From Fimbriosthenelais zetlandica (lineage: Eukaryota), in the NCBI GenBank assembly GCA_977030845.1, contig OZ365118.1, positions 21,080,001 to 21,144,000 of the forward strand: a DNA stretch of 64,000 bases. Direction: 5' to 3'. Under the pieces are notes generated by a model, which did no database searches, had not been told where the DNA came from, and saw only the letters and a program-made list of their open reading frames with translations. Position numbers and translations under genes: made by a program. Below, in pieces: positions 1 through 14,649 of this stretch. Position 1 is the first letter of the stretch, and each line of letters begins with the position of its first letter.

Positions 1-2830
1 CAGGTAGCTGGACGGATACAGCCTCCCGTTTCTGGAAGTCATTTCTCGCCGATTCTCACGTGGTTCACCGAGAATTCGCCTGGTCACGTGTTTGAGGAGA
101 AAGCGTGAGGATTGGATGTGGTCGGGAGGAGGGAGAGTAGGCCTGGCGAGTAGAATGGACACCATATGTCACACGCCAAATATACCTGCTATCTCAGTCA
201 TGTTTCTGTAGTACACCTTTACCAACTAACCCTCTGCATTACCCAATCGCACCCTTTGTTACCCTTGAAATTCTATGCACCATTGCGTATAGGTTGGCTA
301 CAGTGCAAATAGGGCCTCAAAATGTTTGGGTCTCAGAGGGGATTAGGAAGAAAAAGTTGCTTTAAAAAGCCAATTTGAGCAAAATTAGAGCAAGATATTT
401 TCAGGAACCTCCTACCCCTCGTTCAGCCATTGTTATATGTCTGGGAGGGTCTCTTCACATTGAAGTGTGAAGTGTGGATGTGTATACACAGCCTGGGAGT
501 GTAGAGCTCCTCTGTGATGAGCAGCTCGTGTGATCTGCTCACATGAGCAGCTCACTGACTACGCTCACTCACATGGCGCTGATTTGCTGTATTAGTGCAC
601 GCCCCGGGACAGGCAGTGCTAAATGCTTTCACCAGGTGGGCACGCCACACCACCCTCTCTCACTGCTAAACTCTCTACTACTCCTCTATACCCCTCTATC
701 TACCCCCCTATACCCCTCTATCTACCCCCCTATTCTTCCTACAGTTCACATCCCCTATATACACCCCTTGCCCCTATGTACCCCCTACACACCCTCCTCA
801 TATACTTTAAGTACAAACAGGGGTCAGGTACTCAGGATAATTCAATACACGCGGCTCTTCCTTCTTTGTTTCTTTCTTCCAACTCTTTTGGATCTTCTCT
901 TTTCTTCCTTCCATCTATCTGTCCCACTTCCAATCCATCCTTACTTACTTCCTAAGAAATCCTTCCTTCACCCTGAAGATGAACTAAGTCGTTTATTTAT
1001 TCATTCATTTATTCATTCATTCAGCCATCAGCCATTCTCCCTCTCACTTCCTTCTCCTTCTTTTCTCATTTTAATCATTTTCTTTTCCTCCTGACAAACT
1101 TCCTCACTAAAGAGTGAATCAGTTTAGCAAACTTTGAAATAAAAAGTTTTCAAATAGTGCTGATGTTCCCCCAACAGTCCGGGTCATACCACTTGGCTGG
1201 TGTTTGATTTCTGTGGTTTTTGACATGAGGTTTAGTTGATAACGGGTGTATAGTTTAATTCCTGTGGCGGGGTGGGGCTGTGAGTGGGGGAGGAGCGGGT
1301 GTGAGCACATGGGAGTGGATCAACTAGCGACTCACATCTGGTTAACACTGACAGCTCGTGGCGCCACCTCTCGTTCAGACTGTGAACCTCCGCCACCCGG
1401 CCGCCACCTCACCCCGCAGGGGGGAAGAGCTGGATCCGCCATCATTCAAGACGAGATGGAGGGTCAATATGAGAGACAGGGATAGAAAGAGATGTGGGGA
1501 GAGTGAGGATTTGCAAATTTCATTGAATGTTGATGTCTTCTCCTGCCATTAAAACACTCGAAGATAGCATTATATTTATTTTCCTGAGGTTTTTCAAACT
1601 CTTCATTGAGGATCCATCAGAGTTGAACCCACCCACCTATACATACATGTTCCTGGAAGAACCCCTCCTGTAAGTGTTAATGGCCATCAGACCCACTTAT
1701 AACAAGTCTGAGAACCCTAGAAATGACGTCAGCCTTGAGCCTGGAGGAACAAGCCCTAATACCCCAACACATGGATGTATGTGTACAGTTAATATAGCAC
1801 TACTTCATCATACTGTCAGCCTGGAGGATGTACGGGAGGATGCGTACACTCATTACCTACAATACATCCCTCAACTCTACATACTTCTTACCAAATTATC
1901 AACAACAATATTTCAGAAGCTAGTAGAAAACCATCCCGGCGAATATAGTCCACTCATGGGGTTTGAAACCCAATCCTCAAATTTATATTATAAAAAGGTT
2001 CCTCCTAATTGTCCAATAGATATTTTCCACAATTTTGAAGGTTTTAAAATTGTCTCCCACGGGATTATTGTATTTGTAAGAAGCACTTAGGATATTTCTG
2101 GAAGTTGAATCAGCACCCAGATGGTGTACATAGACCTTGGGTGACTCCAGAAGATCAGGGTCTGTTTCATAGTATAGTTATGCTTAATGGTATAAGGTCA
2201 ATAACCAATAATATGGCATATTTACCTTGTGAAACAGACCCCGGGAATGATAGATACTTGTCTTATTCTTGGTGTACTGCATACTCTATTATTTATATTG
2301 ATTTCTAGAGCATCTATAGTAAGCCCTCTGGTAGAAGGCTGAGTCATATCCTATATATATAGGACCTAGATGCCCTTTAGCTATACAAGCATTGACACCT
2401 ATACAACAAAACCAACCTGTTCTTGCTTTGCCGCAATAGCGTCTTTTCCGGATCTGTTACAACCGAGAAAAGTCTCGGCATGATTTTTGTAGCTCAAATT
2501 GATCTGAAAAGGCGGTCCCCACCCCTTTTTCTGAGGGCTGATTACCACTTTCAAAATGCTGGCTCTGCCCTTGTGACATATTTTTGGCATTATTTCCAAA
2601 TAATAAAATAGAAATTATTGAAATATTTCTCACTCAAACCATTGTCGTTTTGGGTATAATTCAGACTGTCGTCAGCTCCTGTCATTTGACTCACCTCGTG
2701 GACTCATGTCGTGAATCAGGCCAGGCTGTGACTGTATTACTGCTGGTCTGTTTCTAATCTTTCAAGTAGAACAGCGGGCCTGGTTCAACTATAGAAACAA
2801 GATACAGAGAGGGAGGTGAAGGTCCGGCCA

Positions 2831-2873
2831 CAGCCCCGACCCCCAGCCCGACCCCCAGCCCGACCCCCAGCCC
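2831..2873. repeat. 12-bp tandem repeat, about 3.5 copies
   Basis: (cccgacccccag)n. Confidence 0.85.
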
Positions 2874-5800
2874 AAAATCTCTCAACGAAAAACATTACAG
2901 CCAATGATCCAATTAAAGCCTTGGCTTGGTTCCTCCTGGCTTTCCTTATCCCCAGCTGGTCTGTGTTCCCCTCCAGGGCGTCCTCTGTAGACTTACACTA
3001 GTCTTCTATTTCATATTTTAGAGGGTGAAGTCAAATACCTAGCTTAGGAATGTTGATCCAATTTCCCCCAAAGAATTACAATTACCATTGTCCTTCTCTA
3101 CCCAGTGCTGCTAACTGGGATATCAAAGACCAACCATGTCTCCCACTGTCCAGGCAGGATGAAAATACCACAGGCACCTTCTCACAACCCAAATATTTAA
3201 TTAATTTAGGACCTTATCACGTCCATTTTGTGTGTATTATGCCTGGTTGATTCACTGTACCATATGACCAGCACCCCCCCCCCCCCCCCCCCCCCCGCCG
3301 CACCCTGACATGAGTTCACCCCGCCTCAGTAACCCTACCTCACTATAACAACATTTACCTTCTCGTTTTTTTGTAATGCCACAATAACATGTATGACTTT
3401 CAACCATGATGCGCTTCATATCATGCATATGTGTGCGTCTCCTTGCTGTTTTGGCAAGAAATGTTTTGGCAGAAAAAGTAGTGACTGGCATTTGTGGATT
3501 TCGCAAAATGTTTGCCATGCTTTTCACATTATTTCAAAGTAATTGTACCTTCCAAATGGATTTATTAAATTGATTTTTTTTTAAAGAATTATGATGACTT
3601 TCTGCATTAACTCTATTAGATGCGTCAACACTTGCTATATCCAGTCCTAATAGAAGTTGTCTGGACAGCATTTTCCAATAATAAAGTATGAAGTTGGGGC
3701 TGGGAGTGAGAAGGGAAGTGACATAGAGTTTCATCACTTTGTCTATTTCACCCATGTTAGCTGTCAGCACACCTCTACCCTTCCCCCTCACTACCCAAAC
3801 TTACATCATTCCATACCTGCCACAGGTAATACTTCCTCACCTGCCACAGCTAATACTTCCTCAAGTCTTGCACCTTTTTTGACTCACCTTTGTCATACAG
3901 TATGACCAAATATTGTCTGTGCATTTAAAAATACAACACTTGACAAAATCAAATCAGTTTATATCTCATCAGTCTATAAGAATCAAGAAATTATCAAAAT
4001 AACTGCATATTTTCATAATGTGTATAATATATTTGACGATAGTGTACATAGATATAAGTCGACCTTAAAGAAATGGACTATCTGTTATCAAAATGGCGAC
4101 ATTCTTCAGAAACTTCAAATTTGTTTTGAAGTATATAATTTGATGGTCCCCATTGTATCTCCTCATGTAAATAGTCCCCCATGCCTTCCCACCTTGAGAT
4201 CCATCCCCACCAAAGATCCATTCACCATACGATTATAGCCAACTACCTTCACAATGAGGGTTGATTTTCATAATGACGATGGTCTATTATACGTTACGTA
4301 TTGAGCGGCCTGGGGTGTCTCTAGTCGCCCTATGGAGGGTGTAAGGTAGGGGGTGAATATGTCCAATATATATGATTGTAATCAGTGTAGGGTAGGCTAT
4401 ATTTACCCTGATTCATGTCAGGGGGGGGGGGGGGGGGTCGCTGCTGCTACCCCAGTCATTCCCATCAAACATTGACTTAACCCTTTCTGAAGTTAACCCT
4501 TCAGTGCTCGATCTATAACACTTTAAATTTCCCATTTTGACAAATGTTATTTTAGATCGAAAACTAGAAAATTAAAGTGATTCATATTGCAAAAATGCAC
4601 CCCAAAGAAGACAGAATATTTCGAAATGGGAACAAAGAGATTTTGGTCTGATATGAAGACAAAATAAGCCTCATAACAATGTGGAAATCAAAATGAAATT
4701 GAAGATGCAGTGAATATAAAAAAGTCCTATCAAGGAATAAGAATAGGGGGATTGTATCTTGTTAGCTCATTGTATCTCATTGCTTTGTGATGCCTCTTGT
4801 AGAATTGGCTGAGGTATCTGCCCCTGGTCTCACCTTTCAAATCAGGGATTTTAGATTGAGGTGTTGCCATCAGGTGAGAGGCCATACCAGTTCCATGTGT
4901 ACATATACCCCTCAAGTCTGGATCCATTTGAATTCTACACTGTTCTCCTTCCCCTCTCAACCCATGGGAAACAACCTCTCCCTTTGGAAAACTCTTAAAA
5001 GTCTATGTTGTCTTTTGGCATCATTCGTCTTAATTTTTAACATTTTACCACAAAACTATCAAAGTTCAATTTAATGAGGAGTCTGTGTTTTTTCTGGCCT
5101 TGTTTTGCCGGGCGGAGGTGTCCATTTACAGCTGTTATTTCACGGTAGGTGTGATAAAATAAAGGCTGTATTTTATGAGTGTAACTCTAGCCCTGCCCCG
5201 CTGTCCCCACGCCCGCCTGTCACTCTGAGTTATTGACTGACATGAGTAAAACACTGCTTTATAGGAGAGTATTGTTTTTACTTTCCCTCGTAAACGTACA
5301 CCCTCGTTGACAAACACTCGCCACCTGTTTCCTATTTGTCTATTTTACTTTATCTACAATCAGGGAAGGAGATGTTGGTTTTATCAACGAGTAAGATTTC
5401 TATACTCGTTGTTTTATGCGTTGTGTTAGTATTAAATGGTCATGGGTAATGTTAATGATGAAATGTACACCAGCATTTTAGTGAGTCATTCTAGAGATGT
5501 CAGTAGAGTCAGATCTAGTGGGGGAATAACGTTGAGATGGATTGGATGGGTGGATGGATGGATAGAGATGGATAGGTAGATTGCATGGATGGGTGGATGA
5601 ATGCTAAGGACTTGTAAAGAATATGATAAGCAATCAAAGTACCCAGTATAAATGAATGTCTCACTAGATAGTTCGAACAAAAACATTTGAATTATTTGAT
5701 AACTAATTAAATGAATGACAATTTTCAACCCATTTCATGACTTTCTTGATACTGTATCATATTGAAAGTTTGCTTAACAGCTTTCATGAATAAACTCCAA

Positions 5801-8565
5801 TATTTTTTCAACTCCTCCAGCACTTGACCCAACCCCAGATTTAAAGGCCAGGACCTGGCGCCTATTTACTTAAAGTCTTGACTAGATATTGATGTATGAC
5901 ACCACATTGCCTTTGTACTTGAAGCTTCAGTGGTTTCCTTACTATAACTTCACACCTTGAGGAATAACAAGTCATGTTATAACCAACTGTTGCTGGCTGG
6001 ATGCCATGACACGCTGTGAAAACTAACTCACTTTGATCATTTCCTTTTTTCCTACCAGAACCTTTTTGAGTTCATAACTAAGTTCATCTTTATATTTAAT
6101 TGTGATAAGTACAATATTACAGTAGAATTAATTGTCTTTGATTGCCTTTGTTACTTAAAAATTGAGATAAAAAACTGAAGATAGTAAGACTTCCCCTTAG
6201 GGAACTTCCAAAGAGATGACAATCTCGGTTGTGACTTTGTCACTACACGATTTGTTTCACTTAGCAACATTTCCTAGGGGGCATTTTTCACACAATATTG
6301 ACCTATACATGTACCTATAGTATTATGATTGTTCTCATGTTTATTTTTATGAGAAAACGCACCTTTATTAATATTTGTGTGCACTATATTCATTGATACT
6401 GTGACATACACTATGAAAGCTAGCATCACACACCTAGCGTTGACAAGTTGAGAGGTGAGAATTTAACCTTCACAAAGCCTTTGTAGTCAGTTTCCTGTGT
6501 GAAACACATTAAAGTCTCCAGCTCCCATCCACTTAAACTTTGTTAGGTAACCCCCCCCCCCCCGCTCCCCTCGATCCCCCTCCCCCTTACTTATAACAAC
6601 CAGAAGAATATTTCCCACATGACCTCAAGAATTTAACCCCCTTGAGTTATTTTTTCTCAAGTAAAATATGTCTTTATCCATCAGTTCCCTATTCATATTC
6701 ACCGCGCAGTTTCGATTTGATTGCTTTCCGTTTAACTTCTTCTTTAAGTTCTGTGTTAAAACTTTAATCTGTAATCTAACAGATAAGCCAAGCATTACTA
6801 AGTACACGTATGTATCTTCCAAATTACTCTTTGTACACAGTAAATTGCAATGTGACTCGTTAGGAATTTAAGAGTTAGCCATGCTTGCTTGCCTTCTTGC
6901 TTCTTTGAAGCTAAAGTTTCAGATGTTCTACGATTTACTCGTGTAATCTTACTCAATTAATTGGTGTGCAGTATGCATTCTAGGGAAGGTCTATATAATT
7001 TTCCTGTTAAAGCCCAAATAAGGTTAAATATGCTAGACATCAATTAAGTGTCTGGCATCTATTGCATCTTCCACATTGCAGATCCCGTTCACCCTTAATT
7101 TAGGTGTCATATTTTCTCCCAAAAAGTGTCACTCTAAAAAAAACTCATATAAGTAGCAAAGTCTGCTGGATTTCCCACATTTTCTGTGACATATGAACAG
7201 GTCACAAGGGTTACCTTAACCCTTATTGCCCTGAAGGGTAGAGTTGGTTAAAAAGCACTTAGTTACATGATATGTATCTAGAGGAGTCTTCCCTCTCCCC
7301 TCCCCCTTCCCCCTTCCCCCTTCCCCCTTCCAGTCCCACAAACCAAGGTAAACAGACCATCTCCGACTTTCTAAGCGTCAGACGCTTCCTGACGCTTCAA
7401 CTGGCCTCAAGGTACAGGCGTCAGCCCCTTCACTTACACATGGGGAAAAATTAAGTCAGTCAATGGAAGAAGGCTCATGTTAATAACATGTCATTTTGGA
7501 TCCCCATTTGAACCTGGTGTCAATTATATATCCCTGCTTGTACTTCCACAAAAGACTCAGTGTTGGAGCGTGATACCATATGACCGAACCCTCCACGTAA
7601 CTACCAAAATACTTGGATAACTGCATCAAAAACCTGGAAAATTACATCAATTTCTAAAGCAAGTTGTCGCTCTGAAGGATTTACATTTTCCATGTGAAAT
7701 CAAGCCCAAAAGGCAACTTTTGAAGGATGTTTTTGGAGTGTTGATCAGAATATAAGTTGATTTGGATCATCTGTGGATGTGTATTCAATATACAGTGGTG
7801 GGTCAAGTTACTCAAGTTTACATTACAAGATAGACCCACAAAGCCCTCTATAGAGCTTACATCGGCCTTTTCACCAATATTATATGCTTTCCAGTGCTTG
7901 GCTATATATGCCCTTTCTCATGAAAAACTGGCATATCTATTACAAGATTGCTTTGCATGATTTTAAACATACATTTGATTCAAAGATATGTGTTATAGTT
8001 CTTGCTATCCATTGAATTGCAAACTATATATTGCATAATTTATCAAAAGAACACTTCAATCAGAAGCGTTTCCTTTTGGGAGTGATCTGTAATAACATTG
8101 TCTGCAGCTTGTAGACAGCTGAGTAGACAACTAAATGCCATTAAAGTTGATGGAGGATGAGATGAGGTAGGTGTGAAAGCTTTGAGAGGATAACAATGAC
8201 AGTGGCTACCTTATAATGTGACTTACACTGCCTGAGGTGTCATCAGTCCTGTCACAGCCACCTACCTCACACCACCTACACAGGCTCTCATCTTCACGCT
8301 TGTATACGTATAGCCTTCACTAACCGTACCTATCCTGGCATTATTGGCTATCTTGCCAATATTTAATATGTCAATATTGCATTGATTCAGTCACAAGCAG
8401 CTGCATACAAATTCAGTAGGAATTCTTACACATTTGTTGGATTTTAACTGACTTCTATAAGCTTGCATACATTTCTGAGCTTTGGATATTTGCTGGATTT
8501 AATGCATATATAGCTTGAGGACATAACACAAGCACAGCTCTAGGATTCTCAATGACATTGTTTTA

Positions 8566-9160
8566 ATGTCTGAGATCTATACATTATATAACCCCCGCAC
8601 CTTCTCCTCCAGGATGTCCCCCCTCCTCACCTCCTCCGACCTGCCCACCCAGGAGGCCATCCTCCTGTGTTCAGCCCTGTCAGGCATGTTCTCTGTGGTC
8701 GTATTCTTGACTCTCATCAACTGGAGACGCTGGTTCCGCTCCTCCAGGGCGTCCCCTCACCCACCCACTGCTTCCTCATTCTCCAGCAGACTCAACCCCT
8801 GGAAGATCAACCAAACACAACCCACCACCACCAACCAAAAGTGGATCCCTGGTTGCTATGGTAACCATATTAAAAGCTCTGATGATGAACAAGATGGTAA
8901 CCATGTACTGGACGTCGTGTGTTCTACATGTGATTCTAACCATCTGGATCCTCTACTTCTCACTGACCACTTTACCAGCAGGTTCACAGCTGTCGCCATT
9001 GAGGACAGCGATGGTCAGTTGGTGTCCAAGAATGGGCGAGTTGTGTCCAGTTTTAGAGACAATACAGTGGATCTTCTTGCCCACTGTGGGCCCGTCTCCC
9101 CGCGTGTGTGGGATATCAATGGGAATATCTCTAAACATGAGTGTGGCATGTTCATTACAG
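8566..9160 (+). CDS. Putative alternative first coding exon of the MTUS-family gene encoding a single N-terminal transmembrane segment
   Basis: ATG at 8566 (second ATG at 8614). The hydrophobic stretch AILLCSALSGMFSVVVFLTLINW is followed by RRWFR. The frame is open to ACAG|gtaggc at 9160/9161, a phase-1 donor that is in frame with the 22103 acceptor (668-aa product). Confidence 0.6.
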
Positions 9161-12134
9161 GTAGGCAATATATTACATGCATCTTACATGTATTTATTTG
9201 ATAAAATTTGGTTTTATTCGGTTATCATCATCCTTTGTACAAGACACTAAATTACATGTATATCTTACATGCATTTTTTAAAACATTTTTTTTTATTCCG
9301 ATCATATCTTGCAATTTGCTATCTATGATTGACAAGTCATTAGATTTGCAAGTGTCAAAAGAAGAATATGTTAGATTAGGTCATTACTTATAGACCTACT
9401 ATTGGTTAATGTAAGATATGAACGCCCCCTGGTATAATTTACTAATGATCAACTTAGATATACGTGTCCCAGATATACAGACAGACATAATGAGGCATGC
9501 ATGCTGACATTCACGTGAAATAATTAGCCGTGAGTTGCATGCACTTCCTTAGAAATCACCAAGTCTGGAGATATAAACATGAATGAAAAAATGACCCATT
9601 TCAAGCGTTCATATTCAGGGATATTTTTACGATAGACAAATAAGAATAACAGTTTTGGTTTGCTTGGATCTCTTAGATATTACCATGGAGACTTTTGTGG
9701 TCCCAACCATGGCACAGGCAGGAACCAAAATGTGAAATATCAATAACATAAATGCCAAGATTAAACTATTAACAGATCAAAAGATAATGTATGGAGATCG
9801 AAATGATTTTATACTGCATTGGGATGGGGAGAGAGGAGCGGTTTATGGACTATCAATATATCACGAATCTTGTAAAGTTTTACATTAATTTGACAGTTTT
9901 TAGATTTCCTTTCCATTGAAAAATGAGGTGAGAAAATGTGGCATCTTTACAATTGGGTTTACCTTTAATTGGGGCCAATGATTAATACGGGGAAGCCTTG
10001 TATTTATAAATAGACTACATACATCAAAGAGATTTTTGTTTGTGGTAAGGTAGGGACATTCATCAAGCTTTTGATTGCAAGCTTAACATGAGTCATAAAA
10101 GCTGGTACAAAAGACATCTACATAGCTGTACAAGCCACCGAGGGTGGACTGCTTTTGATGAGGAGAATTTATTAAGATTTCACACCAGGATGTTTTGACG
10201 GCTGTTGATTCAAGACGATGCCAAGACAAATTACCCCATGGAAGATTTTCTTTTAACTAATGCTAAATAGTAAATCAGTGGTCATAATTCTTTTATTTCT
10301 TTAGTTTGTTTTCCTTTTAATCCGCCTGCATCATTGGTGATATTATAGAAACAGATAGTTTCTTGGAATTTGCTTTGAAACTACATATTTCCAGGGATGA
10401 TTGCCAAATGTTATTTCTTTAAATATGGAAGATTTTTTAATTTCCACAGTTTTATTTTGTACTGGTAAAGCAATAAGACCAGGCTTGTAGATGGTAACCC
10501 TCTCGTACCATTGATAGATTGTTTAGATTGTTTATAAACACAGTTAAAAACTCCGCCTCTAACACGTTGATGTATGGACCCAGCTTCTGATCGTTAGTTC
10601 CCGGTTTCGGCACGTGGGGGCGCCAGTGTAGCGCTGTATACCACTCCATCCATAACACGTCTAAATGGACATCTCACCAATGTTAAACTCACAGGCTAAA
10701 AATAGCTCTTGTTTCTCGTTAAATGACCTGAAAATGTTCTTGAGGCAGGGGGTTTTAGGGCTTCTTTCCCATTTTCTTTTCCCAAAGTCACCTTAAAGAC
10801 AAGGGTAATATTTCATTGAAATTGTCTTCATCTTGAAGCTTTTTCGAGATGAAAATTCCATACTCTAGTGTTACAGTATATTAGGATATGGGGCCCAGAT
10901 TTGCTTACACTCTGTATAGAAACATATTGTTGAATTTGCTATTCAACAAACATATATTTATCGCCAGTCAAAAGCATTCATGCGGTACCATTTCTATATA
11001 CTTTTGAGATACCTCGGTATACCTTACAAAAATAGTGCATCCTCTTCAAGTGCAAACCAACTATACTTTTCAATGCCTTGTCCATCTCTCGTTTGCAGTT
11101 CTTTACAGGACTTTTTTCAATATAATTACATGTAGTTTGTAAAGATGTATGTGGATGCTATTTGCCCATACACATATTAGTGGATAAAGGAGAGGAAAGG
11201 CCTCAAAGATTTATCCCCGATTATGATGTCAACAGGTTTGATCCAGTCCGGGGGGTGGGGGTGGGGCGACCAGGGGGTCAATATAAATTTTTGTCCCTCA
11301 AATAATAACGAAAGAGCCACCCAACAAATCTCACAAGGCTGACCCCATGAACCCATTTTCTTCTCTTTTTTATAGCAACATCCTCGATCCGTCAAGGGGA
11401 TAGCAGAGGGCTATACAATCTAAAAGGGGTCACATAAATTATCAACTTTAATGCTTGGCTAGCCAATCCGACTCCTAACACAAAATGCCAGGGGCATTTT
11501 TGGTGAATTCTGTGGTTTAAAAAGCAGATTTTGGAGCATGTAATTACAGAGACATGACGGACTACCCCCGGGCTACCCATCCTCTGTAGTTTAGTGGTCT
11601 GAGATTCTCTGAAAAAGAAAAGGCCATAAAAAGATCGAGTTATTATTCAATGAGCTTCAATAGGTATACACGCAATTTATCTGGATTTCCATAGTGATTT
11701 CTCGGTAGAAATGATGATGCTGAATAGAAAATAACCGTATGGTTGCTCCAGTGTATTAGTCATAAAGACTTTTTATAAGTGGACTAAATATTTAATAATC
11801 CAGGGATATGTATGATCTATAGAGAACTGGGATTTGTGTTTTGGTATATGAATTATAAAATGTCACATTTCTGTATTGAAATGTCGTCTAAGATGCGTTA
11901 TGATAATCTACATGTGTTTGTGTGTAAACAGTGGTTGGTGCATTAATTACAGTATCTGTAAGCAATACAGCGCCCCAGGTTTCACCTCACCTTAATATAA
12001 TTATTATTTATGGCGTCTATGATTGATATGGACCTGTCATGGTCCACCAATAGCCTGTGAATCCGCCCTCTCAACTCACCCACTCCCCCCCCCCCCTCTC
12101 TCTCCCTTCTCTCCCTCCCTCGGACCCCCCTCCC

Positions 12135-12165
<31 letters not shown>

Positions 12166-14649
12166 CCCCCCCCCCTCTTTCTATCTGACTCATGATATTT
12201 AGACTGGGACCTAATTACCCCAGTTGTCCCACATTTTTAAATTTACCCACCTCATTTTAATTATGACATACCTGCGGTTTTTATCTGTCAAAAAATCACA
12301 ATCTCTTGATTTAATTAATAGTGAAATATACTCCATACATCATATAAATTCATGAATTATACGTTTGAATATTTAAAGATCAACGCTAATGAATACATCC
12401 AGGAAATTAGTCTGGTATAATTGATGTAAAGTTGGGTTATCTTGGTGGAAAATCTAAGTTATTCGGTCAAAAGGCAGCCCAGATTTAACTGATGTTCATA
12501 TGAAACTCAGGATTTAGCCCTGGTTGTGGGATGTACCGGTAGAATATAGATGAGATGAGTTGGCCGTTCTGTGTGGTGGTATACATGACTGTGTAGGTCC
12601 GGGGGTCATGTTAAATGCCACACACCGTACCTGACCAGTCCCCTAAATGAGCCATGAACAAAGCTACAAGGTCTAAAAACCTCATAATAATTGTATGTAT
12701 TCTCAGGCCCACCAATTACCTAATACGACCACCTCCACGACTGGCAGGCTATGGCTCCTATAAGCTCTCCAATACCAGCATTACTTCCCACAATGCCATC
12801 TATCCGTACCTTTAGGGAATACATTAATTGAGGCTTTGACTCCCTAACAAAGGGGACAAATGCCTGGTCAAGACCAATTAGATCTGGTTCTAAATTAGTC
12901 TCATAAACAATACATTTTCCTGATGGGTACAAAAGGTAATCCCATGTGGAATTTAACCATCTGTTTGTAAATAAAATCAGGATGTTTTATATAGAGTTAA
13001 ATAGCTGCTCTGTATAATACTTTCACAATTATTTATATACACATAAATTTTAACCCTTTATCGTGGGCAAAAGGCCAGGTAAAAGTTCACTGGAGCTTAT
13101 TCATATGATTCGAGATTTGGAATAAAGCCAGATTTGACCTTCCTTAAGAGTCTTCAGGTGTTCAGTGTGACCACTAGGTGAGACTTAAGGCTGGTTGGTC
13201 ACTCACTACTGGACACCAGAACATCTTAAGGACCTGTCCCACTGGTCTTGAAATAATCTTTTAGGAAGAATCACTTTTCCAGGTTCTTGCTTCATAAAAT
13301 TGTGTACAATTTCTTATCGCGAGCTTTAAAGAATATTGCATTATATCTTTAAAGTGAAAAAGCCCAAGCCAAGTAGCACAGTGGATCCGACCTTTATGTG
13401 TGCACCAAAATCACTGAGAGATCTTGACATGCGAGTTGGTATTAGACTATTGTTACAGACAGAGAGTGGAGTGAGTAACAGAGGTGCTATAGCCATAAAC
13501 AGCAACAAGACGTTACCAGCAACAATAGAAGGCAGCTACATATATACCTTCATTATATAAGCTATATACATTATAATTACCATGTAATTTGCATAAACTC
13601 ATTGTGAATTGTGGCCATCATATTGAACTCCAGGAATTCTATATTTAACCACCGCTTTGTTGGATCCTGCCTTTGACAGCTTTAACGCCCAGTGGTCTGC
13701 AGCTTTAACGCCGATAAGGACTTAAACATGCATTAAGCCTCAAGCCTGGCACATATGGAGCTGTTATGAAATATACACTCACTGTGCAATCTATTCCGGT
13801 AGTATGGTACTTTTAATATGCTTATGGCACGTTTGTTCCATTGCTACCGAGCACCAAAACAAACCGACTGTCTATAGCACCCTGTAGTGCTGTAATAACT
13901 CCCAACTTGTAAAATATCACTGCTGGTCCTACACGAGTACTCCAGCCCCCTATAGCTGATACAGCCATCCATCCATCTACCCTCCACCACCCAGTATATA
14001 CATCCACCATCAGCCTGCCACCATCCAGTCGATCCAACGGATCCAAAAACCTCGGATCCTGCTCTCTACTCCTCCTACCACCACCTCCTCCTACCACCAC
14101 TACTACCTCCTGGACTTTTAAACCAACATTCAGGGATTAACTGTATGTACTTATATATACACACACACAGGAGGTATCGCAGTTGCATGCTTCAACTGCT
14201 ACGGTTGAGAGAAGGCCTATATGTGTATACTATAGGTAAATGGGAGGATCCCAGCACTGACGACTGTCTCTATATAGCGTGTCCCCACCATGTGAAGTGA
14301 CATTTTCGGCCTATCTAGGACAGAGTGTTCCAGATGGGACAAGGGGCAGGAGACATCATTGGACCTGCATTCATGTGGTAGTGTTAACACACACACTTTC
14401 ACCTACCACTTATACTCACATCACTTTACCACAAAAACTGAATCAAGGGAGGGAGAGACTCCCTTTAAATAACTGTGTGGGACACGTTTGAGATGGAATA
14501 CACTTGGTAGGAGGAGAGGAAAAGAGAGAGGCCAAAAAGTTGTGCTCACTTGGTTAAGTAGAAGTGTTTGGATCCATGCAGTGGTCTGGAAAATCAAGTT
14601 GGCAGTTGGTGTTCTAGTACAGGAAGAAGTACAGACTTCACCCAACAAC

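Noticed and set aside
1-200. cag|gtagct at the window start and two CACGTG E-boxes
   Set aside because: It could be a donor of an upstream exon, but there is no upstream sequence to test it.
510-595. GTGATGA...CTGA resembling a C/D box snoRNA
   Set aside because: No terminal stem; better explained as a short gagcagctc duplication with local hairpins.
543-1094. 183-aa ORF and other pyrimidine-rich ORFs (e.g. 24499-24840)
   Set aside because: Low-complexity C/T-rich DNA that lacks stops by composition; no splice or protein signal.
7272-7347. ATG-initiated Pro/Ser stretch ending in a phase-1 donor (CAAG|gtaaac)
   Set aside because: The coding part is just a cccctt microsatellite-like tract; chance phase match is likely.
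14488-14649. ORF-track N-terminal extension of the 622-aa ORF
   Set aside because: It starts at TTG with no in-frame ATG before 14650. The ORF tail after 16294 lies beyond a consensus GTAAGT donor.
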